Source: Rhizaria sp. SCN 62-66
Lineage: Eukaryota
Assembly: GCA_001724265.1 (NCBI GenBank)
Contig: MEDY01000011.1
Coordinates: forward strand, 62,001 to 126,000
DNA: 64,000 bases
Reading direction: 5' to 3'
Shown here: positions 1 to 12,100 of the stretch, piece after piece
How positions within the stretch are numbered: position 1 is the stretch's first letter
How the letters are laid out: each line of letters begins with the position of its first letter
Program-made: the position numbers and the translations under genes
Notes under the pieces: generated by a model
The model's database searches: none
What the model was told of the DNA's origin: nothing
What the model saw: the letters and a program-made list of their open reading frames with translations, nothing else

Positions 1-437
1 GTCCTTAAACGACTCGCCACTGAGGTCTGCGACCATTTGTGTGGTCTGCGGATTGATCTGCATACTGTCTGAAGATCGGGTGTTAAAAGATGGCCAAGTA
101 TGTCAGAGTTTTACAGTTACGGCAGTGAAGTTTCAGCGCAATTGACAATCGTATGAGGGCACTAGCGATGGATTTAGACAGGCTGCCTGGGGGCAGATCG
201 GACACGACCGATTCGAGGTGGACCGTCCAGTCGGTCGGCAACCTGCGGCTTAACTTGAGCAACCGGAGATGATCTTTGGAAGGTAATTGTGCCTCATAGA
301 GACGACTTATGCCGCACATAGCGCTACTATTTAAATACTTCTACTCTTGATCTCTATCCAAGTTTATTAGCTCATCGCGAATCTCTCTGTAACCCTTTCA
401 AATTGCCCTCCATTTTCCCGGTTGTCCTCAGTCAACA

Positions 438-961
438 ATGGCCAAGGTACGCTTTAAGACCATTTTCGTATCCTTATATCTCCTTTTATAGTCTATTCGT
501 TCTTGATCTTGGCGACCGTTTGTATATTCTGTCATTTATCACTTGCGGTGTTTTGAACCGCTTCTGTTTTCCCCGTCAAATGCGCTCTCTCCGTCTGGTC
601 GGCTTCTCATCTGCTGCCTCGCCCGTTTTCTACTTTTTCCTCGCTGCCGTGCACAGAAGAAGGTCAAGACTGTCCTCGTCAAGCTCCTCAGCCAGGCTGG
701 CACTGGTTTTTTCTACCTGCTCAAGAAGAACCCCACCAAGGTTCGTCCCACCCCCACTTAGCCCTCTTCTCTCCCATAGCTCTGCCCAACCACAAACCAT
801 AACGTCTCTCGTCTGACTTTGCCCCGCCCTTGCTCACGTCAATTCTCGCCGCATCCCTTCACCCCATTGCTCCTCTCCAGAACCCCGCCAAGGTGATCAT
901 GCGCAAGCACGACCCCGTCGTTAACCAGCACGTCATCTTCCAGGAGGCCAAGCTCAAGTAA
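438..961 (+). CDS. MRPL33: Organellar (probably mitochondrial) ribosomal protein bL33, 57 aa; exons 438-446, 657-740, 881-961
   Basis: Spliced product MAKKKVKTVLVKLLSQAGTGFFYLLKKNPTKNPAKVIMRKHDPVVNQHVIFQEAKLK matches the bL33 pattern (S-x-AGTG-F-F-Y..KN; RK-x-DP-V...HV-x-F-x-E). Introns GTACGC..CAG and GTTCGT..CAG are both phase 0; ends TAA. Not in the ORF track as one unit. Confidence 0.93.
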
Positions 962-1675
962 GCGCTTCTCACAGCGTCACGCACACAGCGATCACATACT
1001 AAGCGAGCACGTTGTGGCTGTGTCTTGCTCTCTCTCGCGCTCTCTTGTACGCTTCCTGCTTCAACGCATCCCCGCTCTGTCTTGACTACTTACACGCGCG
1101 CGCCTGTGCCTTCTTGCTATGCTCATGATGCCTCAACACACAGGCATATAATAGCTTGAAGAAAATGAGCGAAGCAGAAGCAACCGTAACGAGAGGACAA
1201 CTGTTTCGGCAAGACACCCGCACGTTCTTTATAATTCCTTAATACTTCCCCATAACCACAAGCAAACATCGAATATTTAATCACACATCGCCGCTCTACT
1301 CTGTATCCGCACTCGCGTAGCAAGCGAGCAAGCACAGATAGCATGAGCAATAACAACACGATAACAGCAAAAACAGAAAGAAAAACAACACAATCTACAA
1401 AGCAATACAAACTCTATATTCCAAACACAATGACGCTTGTTCACATTGTTATTGTATCTACAACACATTGATTTAATCCCAGTGTCTTTTGTTTGATTAT
1501 TTGCTTTGTCGCGTTAATATCAGTATCACCAGGTCTCTCAATGCAAACACCGACAATGCGTCAATGCGCAAGAACGAGATGTGTCCTAATCGACGTCCGA
1601 ATGAAACGCCTCCACTGGCCTTTATCAGAAAGTGTCGCACACAGGCTGCATCGTGAGATTACACGCTCAGCTCAT

Positions 1676-2672
1676 TCACTTGTAGTCCTTGCCGCCCCAC
1701 TGTCGCTGGCGACCCTGCTGCCCGCCCGCCGCCGCGCCGCCTCGGCTCCCACCAGCGCCGCCGCCAGCGTTAGCGCCGGCGTTGCTGAGGCCGAGGCCCG
1801 CGTTAAGGCCGGCGCGGGGCCGGTTGGAGTCGTCGAGCAGCGCGTGGTCCTCGAACGTCCGCACCACGGGCGCGTCCTGCCCCACATCCCAGTGCGTCGA
1901 AATGGCGATCTTCTCCCCCATCTTGGCCAGCGTCTCCTGCAGCATGGTCGCGAAGTCCTCGCCCATGCGTTCCATGCGGCGCTTGTGCTCCGCGATCTCG
2001 AGGTCTTTGAGCGCCAGGTCAGAGTCCTTCAGGCGCTCCAGCTCCGCGTACGCGCGCTGGGCATCGGCTGTAAAGGTGCACAAATGAAAATGAAACATAA
2101 TAAGACGGATAGGGTGAGTAAGAAAGCAAGTGAGCAAGCAAGCAGGCGAACACGTAATGAAGAGTGTGAAAAGTGCAACGAGATAGAATTTTGGGCAGAA
2201 GCGTACCGAGCTTGTCCTTGTACATGTTGATCTCGTTGGTCATGCGTTGCGTCTGGCGCGCAAAGTCCTCGCGCAGCGCCTTGTACTGGCGCGTCATGTC
2301 GGCAATGATGTCGAACGAGCGCTTCTTCTCGCCTTCGAAGTCGGACTGCAGGTCCGACAGCAGCAGGCGGTGCGTGCGCATGTGGGACTCAGCCTCGTCG
2401 GCGCGGACGAGGGCGGACGCTGGAAGAAGTCACAGAGCAAGGCAAGGGAATGCGGACATATGAAGAACGAGAGTGAGTGAGTTAGTGAGGGTGAGGTTGG
2501 CATTGCCAAATGGATACAGGAAGGGACGAGTTGCAGGGTAGTAAAGAAGCGGAGACGTACCGAGACGCATCTTAGTGGCCTCAAGCTCGCGCTGGAGGAT
2601 GGTGTTCTCCTCCTCCTGGGTGAGGGTGTCACGCGCCTGGTCCTTCTTGCCGCGGCGGGGTGCGGTGGACAT
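1676..2672 (-). CDS. CCDC153: CCDC153/DRC12-like ciliary coiled-coil protein, 238 aa; exons 2672-2561, 2419-2207, 2067-1676
   Basis: Two phase-1 introns (GTACGT..CAG, GTACGC..CAG) join three ORF-track fragments in frame. The motif DIIADMTRQYK and the later MxEDFAxMLxETL segment are recalled as typical of this family. Confidence 0.75.
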
Positions 2673-3307
2673 GGTTCAACGCAGGCAAAGCAACAGTTGT
2701 GCTGAGCAGAAGCGGACGAACCGACGGTCTGTCAAGCGGAGCGAAATCGAAGTCAAGAGAAGTTTTAGTAAAAAAATGTATAGTTAAAAGCAGTATGAAT
2801 CAGGTGCACACACTTATGACTCGTCTGACGGACACCCCACATATATCCAGCAGGGTTTTGGAGGTGACCGTTACAGCGTCCTCGGTTGTCGATAGCCACA
2901 CCGGTGGACAACCACGAGTCAAGTTGGGCTTCGGCACTCAACTTTCGACTCATCTCCAGCACTCGTTCAGCCGTCATTAGACTTAAGGCTACGATTGAGA
3001 GCTATATGAGCTCTTATAGAGTAAAGTTTTATCATTCTTTTATCCACTTTGATTGATATATTCGTAGGGCACGCTTTCTTCATTCGCTCACACAGATTCG
3101 TACCATTACCCTTCACTCTTACCTCCGCACTGCTCTCCTGCACCACAATCGCGCCGCTAACGCTTCATCTCTCTCATTCACATAAAATACTAACTATCTT
3201 ATCTTTCAAGCGCGCCCGCACTCTACCAGCCTGCCCGATCGAGCTCCGCGCCGCCTAGACGCCCCGCACCTCCCCGACTTGCGACTGTCACGCGTCCACG
3301 TCTGCGG

Positions 3308-5692
3308 ATGTCGCTCCTGCGCCGCGTGTCCGACACGGCCGCGCGCGTGAAGCGCAACTTTGTGCTCTACGAGCCTCTGCTGCTGGTTGCAGCCTTTGCG
3401 GCCGTGTTTGTCGCGCTGCTGGCGCACTCGAGCATGCACGCCACGGACGCGGTCGACGCGCTGCCTGTGACCACCAACACCATCGCCGTGCACTCGCCCT
3501 ACGTGCACCCGTTCCCGGCCACAATCGCGCCGTTGACGCTCCGCGCCTCGGGCAACGGCCTGTCTGTTGCCGACGTGGCCGTGCTGACGTATGTGACGCC
3601 CGAGTCGCCCGGAAACCATCGCGCGTCGTCGATGCCGCTGCTCAACTTCCGCTACATGTCCGACGCGGAGAAGGCCGCGCGCATCGTGCACCACCCGCTC
3701 GTCACGCACTTTGTGCCCTCGCTCGTTGCCACGCTCGACGCGTCCTTCCGCCACTCGCTGTTCATCGGGTTTGACTACGAAGACCCTCTGTTCGACTGCG
3801 AAGTAGCCCGCCGCGCGCTCGACGCGCACCTCGCCGCCCTAGCCGCGCAGCTGCCGTCGTCACTGTCGCTCGGCTACGCCGCGCTGTCATTCTACTTCGT
3901 GCCCGTGTACGGCGCGTCGTCACTGACCACGCGCCTGAACCAGCTTGCGCAGGTCGCGCACTCGATGGGCAACGCCGTGTTTGTCGTCGCCACACCCACC
4001 ACCGAGTTCCGCAAGAAGCACTGGGTGACATCCGCAGTTTCCGCGCTGACTGGCGACCCGGCGCTGGCGCACGCGCACCCGTCCATGGCCGCCAACACCG
4101 ACGCCGACGCCAGTAACAGCGGCAGCAGCAGCGACAACGCCGCCGCCTCCGCCTCTGGCTCCACCGACTCGGCGCGAGCGGCTACTCGGGCGAGCGCCAG
4201 CGCCCTCGCCGACCCCGTGCTGTTCCCCGGTCTGGGTGTCGTGTCGCTACCGGACTCGGCGCTGCCCGACGCCGCGCGCACGCTTATCTTCACCCGCGTG
4301 CACTTGTCGCTCTTCACCGTAGCCTTCCCGCTGCCCTGGGCCAAGTACGCCGGCTTCGCGGACGTCTGGCTCGCTAATGTCTACAAGCCGTGGCGCGCGG
4401 CCACCCACCTGCCGCTGGCGCAAGGGCTCGTGACGGACCACGCGACGCTCTACTACCTCACCGCGCCGGACAACGCGCAGCTGACGAACCCGCGCGTGTC
4501 TCTGGCGGTCGACACGGAGCCCGGGGACGTGGGTGTGTACCAGCTCCTCCAGGACGGCCGCGCGCCCGCCGCGCTGCACGAGCTTTCGCGCCAGGTCATC
4601 AAGGGCCGCAAGCGCCTTAACACGCTGCTCACCGGCGAGTACACGCAGGCCATGTACTCGACCCACGCGGCCGCGCAGCGCCGCGCGCGCGCCGCCGCCG
4701 CAGCGCTTAAGCTCTCGCCGCCGCAGCCGACGTCGGGGCCCGGCGGCGTGTTCGTGCCCGCCGCCGTGCCGCCGCGCGCGCCGCTGCCGCACGAGGCCGG
4801 CGGCGCCGTGGCAGCCCCCTTCGCGGCCCCGGCCTCCGCGCTCACGACGCCGCTCGGCGCCGCAGTCCCGGTCTCGGCCGTTGCGACCGCGCCCGGGGCG
4901 GTCGGGGCTGCTGGCGCGAGCGCGATCACGGCTGCGACGGCGGGCGCGGGGACGGTGGGCGTCGAGTCGGGCTTCGCGGCGCTGGCGCTGCCCCGGCCCG
5001 CCGCAGTGCCCGTCGACGGCATCGTCGCCGCCAACGCGGCCGCGCGCGCGGCGACGGCGGCGGCCGGGGACGCCGTGGCCGCGTCGACCCTGTCGCTGCA
5101 CGGCGTTCACCCGCAGTCGCCGCTAGACCCCGCCGTGCACCCCATGTACGTTGCCAACACCTTCGCGGGCGGGCCCGATGCCGTTTCTTCCATCTCACCC
5201 CGGACGCTCGCCGCCGAGAGCACAGGCGCGGGCGCTGACTCTGCTGCTGCTGCTGCTGCTGCTGCGGCTGGGACTGCGGCTGCGGCCGGGACGGTGACTG
5301 GGGCTGGAGCGGCGGCTGGGTCGGTGGAGCCGGCGACCGCGGCGGCCAACGCGGCCGCGGCGGCGCGGAGCCCCGCGGTGCCCGCGCCCCCCGGCTGGGC
5401 CGCCACTGCGGCCGCCACCGCTGGTGTAAGTGCCACTGGCGCTGGCGGGGGCGAGAGCGCGCAGATGTTGAGCACGGTGATGCCCGGCGTGACGGCAGAC
5501 ACGCCCGACGTGGTGATTGACCACTACGAAGACGTGGCCGTGCCGGCGGCGCTCAAGCCGCTGGGCCGTGCCGTCGTCGCGCCGTCGTTCCACCTCGTCA
5601 ACAGCTACGACAAGTGCGTGTACCACGAAGACGCGTGCGCGCGCGAGGCCAAGAAGTACCTGGGGAAGAAGATTGCCGCCCGCTGGATGTAA
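3308..5692 (+). CDS. Type II membrane protein with a glycosyltransferase-like luminal domain and Ala-rich C-terminal half, 794 aa
   Basis: ATG-initiated ORF with GC3-rich codons. Short basic N-terminus, then a hydrophobic anchor (LLLVAAFAAVFVALLA). Motifs FVPSL..TL, FIGFDYEDPLFD, LGVV, HLSLF, DVWLANVYKP resemble an uncharacterised GT-A-like family recalled from algae, protists and invertebrates. The gene is solid; the function is tentative. Confidence 0.55.
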   Translation: MSLLRRVSDTAARVKRNFVLYEPLLLVAAFAAVFVALLAHSSMHATDAVDALPVTTNTIAVHSPYVHPFPATIAPLTLRASGNGLSVADVAVLTYVTPESPGNHRASSMPLLNFRYMSDAEKAARIVHHPLVTHFVPSLVATLDASFRHSLFIGFDYEDPLFDCEVARRALDAHLAALAAQLPSSLSLGYAALSFYFVPVYGASSLTTRLNQLAQVAHSMGNAVFVVATPTTEFRKKHWVTSAVSALTGDPALAHAHPSMAANTDADASNSGSSSDNAAASASGSTDSARAATRASASALADPVLFPGLGVVSLPDSALPDAARTLIFTRVHLSLFTVAFPLPWAKYAGFADVWLANVYKPWRAATHLPLAQGLVTDHATLYYLTAPDNAQLTNPRVSLAVDTEPGDVGVYQLLQDGRAPAALHELSRQVIKGRKRLNTLLTGEYTQAMYSTHAAAQRRARAAAAALKLSPPQPTSGPGGVFVPAAVPPRAPLPHEAGGAVAAPFAAPASALTTPLGAAVPVSAVATAPGAVGAAGASAITAATAGAGTVGVESGFAALALPRPAAVPVDGIVAANAAARAATAAAGDAVAASTLSLHGVHPQSPLDPAVHPMYVANTFAGGPDAVSSISPRTLAAESTGAGADSAAAAAAAAAGTAAAAGTVTGAGAAAGSVEPATAAANAAAAARSPAVPAPPGWAATAAATAGVSATGAGGGESAQMLSTVMPGVTADTPDVVIDHYEDVAVPAALKPLGRAVVAPSFHLVNSYDKCVYHEDACAREAKKYLGKKIAARWM

Positions 5693-5818
5693 GCTAGATG
5701 TTCCTGTAAGCAACAAGACTAGTTTTATCAGCATGCATGTGTATGAGCTGAAGAGACATGCGTCTTGCTATGGGGTGATGAGGGTGGATTTTTATCATTA
5801 ATTGACAATATCACTGGT

Positions 5819-5839
5819 GTTGTTGTTGTTGTTGTTGTT
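5819..5839. repeat. (GTT)7 microsatellite between convergent genes
   Basis: Seven consecutive GTT units read directly from the sequence. Confidence 0.9.
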
Positions 5840-6155
5840 ATTACATTAGCAAACTATTAGTTACAAAATCAATCAGCTGGTTGGTTATATAAAAGAAGTG
5901 AACATGCAGCACAGTTGAGCAAGATGTGGTTGATGAAGGGTGCATGTGTTGCGAATATCTAAGCTATAAAATATTATATTTATTCTATCACATGTTAATC
6001 AATTGTTTTTGACGTTAACATGCCTTAATATTCAGTTAAAATGAGTTATACTAGTATAGGTTGTGATTTACACACACGAAACGACATTTTGTAGTTTTCG
6101 CTTTGTTTCATATTCGTCTCACTCTCCTCGCACTAGCACATCATAACAAACATAG

Positions 6156-9100
6156 TTAAAGTGCACCAGAGCCAGTAAGCCTAAGAACAGCAATCTTAGT
6201 CACCGTGACAGCGGCGTGCGCTGCCGCAGTGACAATGGGCAGCAGCTCGCCCGTCACCCAGCGGTACGGCGCGCCCCACGGCGACGCCACCACAACGGCC
6301 GCAGCGCTTGCCCTCACCCGCACAGCGCTGCCACTGCTGCTGCTGCTGTCACTTGTTGCAGTATAGCAGCCCCATGGCGCGGCGGCCTCGAGGGCTACGG
6401 CCGCGACTGTCTCAGCGGCCCGCACGGCGCCAGCGGGACCTTCGGCAGCGACAGCCGTTGCAGAAGCAGAAGTCCCGTCTCCGTGGTCACTGTTATTGTC
6501 CGCGTTGCTGTGCGCGCGCCAGGCAAAAGCTGCAGCAGCAACAGCGACTTTGCGCACAGTGAGTGCGTCAGCGATTTGCAGCGCCGCTGCAGTGACAGAG
6601 ACGGCCGCGACCGCGAGCGCAATCAGCGTCAGCGCCGTCGCCCACAGAGCCCAGCGCAGCGCGGCCAGCGCGGCCCACAGGCTGCCACTAGCGGTCACTG
6701 CAGAGCTCTCGGTTGAGCCAACGCCGACGCCAACGCCGGCAACGGCGGCGAGCGCGGCGAGCAGTGCCGCAATGACACCGAGCATGGCGAGCGCGAGCGC
6801 GGCTGCGGAGCCCGAGTCACGTCTTCCAACCACAAGCTCGCCACGAGCATTGCCGTGGGAGTGCGCGCGTGCAGCCGCTGCGGCAATAACTGCGGCGACA
6901 ACCGCGGCAGCTGCAGTCTGCGCGAGCGTGACCGGCAGGGAAACTGCGCCAGTTGCGCCGCCAGCGCCGCCGGCCTGCGCGAGGGATGACAGCAGCAAGA
7001 GCGCAAGCAACAGCCACGGCGCGGCGCCAAGCACCGCGATGAATGCAGAACTGATGACGTCACATGCGCCAACACAGCAGCGCCCGGGCGACTTTGCGGC
7101 AGCAAGCGCGGCAGACGCGGCGCGCACGGAGAGATCGCTGCGCCGTGCACGCCACCACCACGTGGCCCAGGCTGAGCCAGGCGCGCGCTGCACTGTCTCT
7201 GCGGTGTACAATGCGCGTAGCCGTTGAAGTCGCGCTGGCTTAACGCACAGCACGGCAGCGAGACACGACCGACGCGAGGCGTTTGCATCAACATTGCTGC
7301 TGCTGTCATCAATGTCAGTGTCACTGTCCAGAGGTTCAAAACCACGGCGTGTCCACCGCACTACTGCAGCTACCTGTGTCTTGCTCACGATGACTGCCGT
7401 TCTCACTGTTACCGCCTTACTCTCGCTGTTGCCGCCACTGTTGCTGCTTAATTGCGGCGAGACAGCCAGCGGATTGTACAGTGCGGGCGTGATTAGCCAG
7501 CAGAGCAGTGCAACAACAACCGCGTGCGTCTGCAGCGCCACCGCGCCCCACGCGTACCCCCGCGCAGGCCCGCGTGCTGCTGTTGAGCCGAGCGACGTGT
7601 CGTCCGCAGCGGCGTAGTTTACTAACACTGCGATGTAAGCCAGCAGAGCGGCAAGCAGAGAAAGCGCGGGTGCGGCGTGCGAGCGTGCGTAGAGCGTGTA
7701 CAACTCGAGGAATGACTGCGGCGCCAAAGGAAGCGTACGGCCTGTGCCTACATACGTACCCGCACCAACAGTAGCTGCGCTCTCCGCTGCCTTTGTGTTT
7801 CCGCTAGCAGCGCCACTGACCGTTATTGTAGCTGTTGCTGCAAGAGGGGCGCTGGCGGCAGTGCCAAGAGCGCCGCTCTCCAGTCCTCCAACTACCGCAG
7901 CAAACGCAGCCGCCTTGGCGCGCATGAGGAAGATGTAGTACGGCATTCCTGTGATAAAGTTGGCCGCAAACGTTGCAGTGCCGCGTACGGCGCCCCTAGT
8001 TAGCACAAGGTGCGCAAGTAGTGGCAGACCGGCGGCGTAGCCAAGGTGCAAAAGCCAGGGGATTGCATACACTGAGCCAAGTAGGCCGACAGTCTCTGCA
8101 TCAACATGCGCGGCCGCAAGTGCAAGCAGCACCCACACATACGACGACACGGCCCAGTCGAACAACAAGGTGTACGCGTAGTGCGCGGGCCCGCCCATCT
8201 GTACAGACAGCGCTGTCACAGCGTCCAGCCCGCCGTTGGTTGCAGCGCTGCCACCGCTGCCACGCGCGTTGCTGCGGGCTGCGTTGGCAATGCTTGAGAA
8301 GACGCCGGTAAACGCGCTTGCAACCGCCACAAGTGCTGTGCCGCCACCGCCAGAGCCACCGCCGTCAGCGCCAGCAACTGCAAAACCGGATAGCCGGTGC
8401 AGGTCTGGCGCACGCAACATTGTGCCTGCACCGCGCGAGATCTTGTTCTGGAACACTGTTGTCGAGTGCAGTCCAACATCGCGACCCTTGCCTACACGTA
8501 AATACTCGACAAACGTTGCACCAGCGCGCGGCACCGGGACAAGCTTTATCTTTCGCGCACCGTTGCCGTGATCAAAGTTAGAGTCGTTAGCGGCGGCATG
8601 ATTTGGCGGTGCGCGCGCGGCTCCAATACCTGTTGGCAGCCGCTGCAGCGCGTCAAGCGCAAAGAACACATCCTCAGACAAGTTGGACTCTGGCGACGCT
8701 TTCGACAGCCCAGAGTGCGCACGTACCCAAAGCCCGTCAAACAAGTCGGGGTGTCCGTAATGCAGACGCCCACCGGTGTAACGCAGCACGCGCTGCACAA
8801 TAGTGCCAAAGGCAGTCTCTTGCGCTGCCATTAGCCCGGCTAGGTGTGATACTGGTTCAGTGTAGATGTGCTCAGGACAGCCGACAAGAAGGTACTGCGG
8901 CTGCTCTGTCGCGCTTTGAGGCGCCACTGGCAGTGTCCACGGCCAAGCTAGCGTTGCAGGCAGAGCTGGTGTCGCAGATGCCGCTGCACCAGCGTTGTGG
9001 ACAGACACCGCAGTCATCTCAATTGAAGACGATGCGGATGAGGATAACGTCGCCGCCGGAGCGGGCTTGTTGCGCGGGCGCGGAAGTGCGCGTGATGTTG

Positions 9101-12100
9101 ACGGGGCTGCTGAGCGCAGTGTGCTGCGCGTCGGACTTGTTGCTAAGATTGATCTCGGAGCCGATGCAGTGTTAAGTTTGTCACGCGCAAACAGCGCCAT
9201 AATTCCGCCGCGCCAACCGCCAACCTTGTTACTGTCGCTGTTGTTGGAGTTCACAAACGTGCCCAGCGCTGTCGCAGTTGCAGCAAGCCCCACAGAGCCT
9301 GCGAGTGATAGAGAATATCGCGGTTTCAAGTACTTCAACTCGGACATCATGCGGCGCATCATTGCTGCCGCCTCCCATCCCAGATCTTGGTTCATGTCGA
9401 TTGCCTGTATAATGTCTCCCCGTGCAAATACAAGAGCATGCGACTGGTTATCAGACTTCGCATTTGTCGTTGGCAGCGGCAGCGTGCCGTTACTGCCAGC
9501 GTTAGGCGCTGCGAACGCACCTCGACCCAACACTAGTGGAGCAACGCGGCCGAGCACTGCAAGAGTTGTAAGCCCACCCGCTGCGGCCACAGTCTGCGTA
9601 GAGCTTGCAAGCGCAGTGGCGGCGGGCGAGGTCAACGCAACAGTCGCGGTGCGTGGCCGGGCCCCAGACTCGCCGGCTGCAGCGGTTATGCAGAGAGACA
9701 GTGCAGCGGCTGCAGTGTGCGGCGCGGCGCTAGACGGTGCACATGGAACGGTTACGGAGATTGAGTCAGCATCGTCCCTGGTAGCGTACGGAGAGCGCGC
9801 CGCAGTTGCGTGCACCGACCAATGCGCGTGGCCTGTGACAGCAAGCACAGCTGTTGATAGAGCGCGCGCTCCGTATGCGGCTTCTGCGTCGTGCAGTGCG
9901 TCACTGTGACTATGCACAGAACTGTCGTTGTTGATACTACTGCTGATGCTGTTGCTGCCACCTGGAAGCATATCAGAAAGGCCATGGGTAGCAAGCAACG
10001 CGCGCAAACCTGCGCCTGCTGCAGCCGCCTGCGCCGCTGCCACCGTCACCGCAATAGCCTCCAACTCATGTGCAGCCATTGCACTCAAACGCATCGCTTC
10101 AGTCTTTGCATTCACAGTTCCACGATGTCCGTGCACCGCGGTAACTGCGGGCGGCACAGCGGATGCGAGGGTGACGCGTGATGACGGCGCAAACAGCGTA
10201 TGACTTACGGCCGGCGACGGAAGCGCCCATGCGCCATCATGTGCAATTGCCGTTGCAGCTGTTTGTGCGTTATGACTGACGCTGTAGCTTTGCTGCGCGT
10301 ACAGTGGTCCGGCGCCACGGGCCGGCGACGGAAGCGGGGTACCGCCAGGTAGCCCCAGATCCAGCGCTGCGGGCCGTGCGGAAATTGCTGGGGGCGCGGG
10401 CACGGCCAAAGCAAGTGCGAGGAGCGAGTTTGAAGGCAACGCAAGTGCAGATGTGGTTGCAGTCCCTTGGGTGAGACTGAGCTTTGGCAACGCTAACGCA
10501 GCGTTCTTTAAATTTGTGCTATCGTCGACGAGGTTGGCCCAAAGGTCGCCATTTGCGGTCATAAGATCCTTGTTGCTTACAAGAACCGCTGCCAGAGCAA
10601 AACGATACAGACGCGCGCTGACGCCTTCATGTGCATCACGCTCTCGTTCCACGTGACCACACGCCGCAAACGCTGAGGTAAGGCCATCACATGTTGTTTT
10701 TTCCGCAATGACACTGTCGCTGATGGCAGCTGCAGCTCGTGCAACCGAAATGCGCAACATCTCAGACAAAGACTCCCATGCACCGCGCTTAGACTCTAGT
10801 GCTAGCGTTGCCGCATTGACTGCAGAGCTTGCTGTGCGAACAGCCACGTCTGCACTCAATTGTTCTGACTGCACGTCACTGGGACCTGCTTGGCGTTGCG
10901 CTTGCCGCGTGTTCGCGCCTGCTTCAATAATGTTACTGCTTGCAATCGCATGTGATGCTGTTGCGCCAGCCGCAGCGCGCACAGCAGCGGGCACTTCGGT
11001 CTCAGCGGCATTTATTAGCACGGACGCAGCCCGTGCGGCTATTTCGCGCCACAATAGCGTCTGCGCTGTTATTGTTGCTGTTTTATCGCGGTCACTGCGT
11101 GTGCGGAGCTGAACGTGCCCAAGTGCGCGTGCATTGACTGCTGCGGCGGCAACCGCGCTGTCAGCAGCAGAAGCAACTGCGACAAGCGCGCGAGCTGCAG
11201 CAGCCAATAGAATCTGTACGCTGGCAACGCAGCTGCGTAGAGACACATTTCCCGCTTGAACCGCGGCTGTAGCTGCTTGCGTACCAGCCAAGATGGTACT
11301 CAAAACTATTGCTGCGGTTTTACTGACTAACGTCGCAGCGGCGGCGCGAGTTGCGGCTTCAGCGGCAGTTGCAAGAGCCAGCAGCTGGTCGCAGTCGTTA
11401 AAATCATGTTTGTGTTTCAGCGTTGGTCTGTGTTTGACTCCGTCGCTGATCGCGATATCATGCAACAAAAGGGTTGCTGTAGCAGCAGTTTGGGCCTGGC
11501 GCGTTTTGGCTACAATTGCAACCTCGACTGCAGCGCGCGCCGCTGCGCCAACTCGCTGGATTGACGCGACTTGGGCGGCGGCAAGAGCGGCCACGGCGTC
11601 GGCGAGCGCTGAAGCAGCTGTCACAGCAGGTGATGCGGGTTTAGAGCATTGAACAACATCTAGAAGGGCCGTGCCGGCTTTGATGCTGCTCTTGCTCAAA
11701 GAGCTGTTGTCTGCAAAGTCCGTGAGAAATTCGGCTAGTTCCTGTACTGTCCCAGAAGAAGCAGTTTTACCGTCATTGCCGTCATTGCCGTTAACACTAC
11801 TAACTAACATGCTGTGAGGTCTTGTTGCAGTACTAGTGGGAACCTTTGCTTCCTCCTCAGATGCGCCCGCACCAATAGCGGCAGACATCAACGATGCGAT
11901 TCCGGCACCGTGAAGTCGCAAAGCACCGGCGAGACCCAGTAACGCGCTCCCTACATTGACTTCGCTACTGTTGCCAACGCGCGCGCTTTCAAGCACTGCT
12001 GTACAGTTAACGCTATTCTGACCATTTGCGTTATTAATGTTACTTGACAGAGTTTGCAGAGTGCGCATCACTGTATCTTGGTCGGCCGCATCTGTGCTAG

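Noticed and set aside
1-319. Possible 5' end of a minus-strand gene (ORF 83..319, or ATG at 63 reading MQINPQTTQMVADLSGESFKD to the window edge)
   Set aside because: Too short and truncated, with no recognisable motif or typical donor site.
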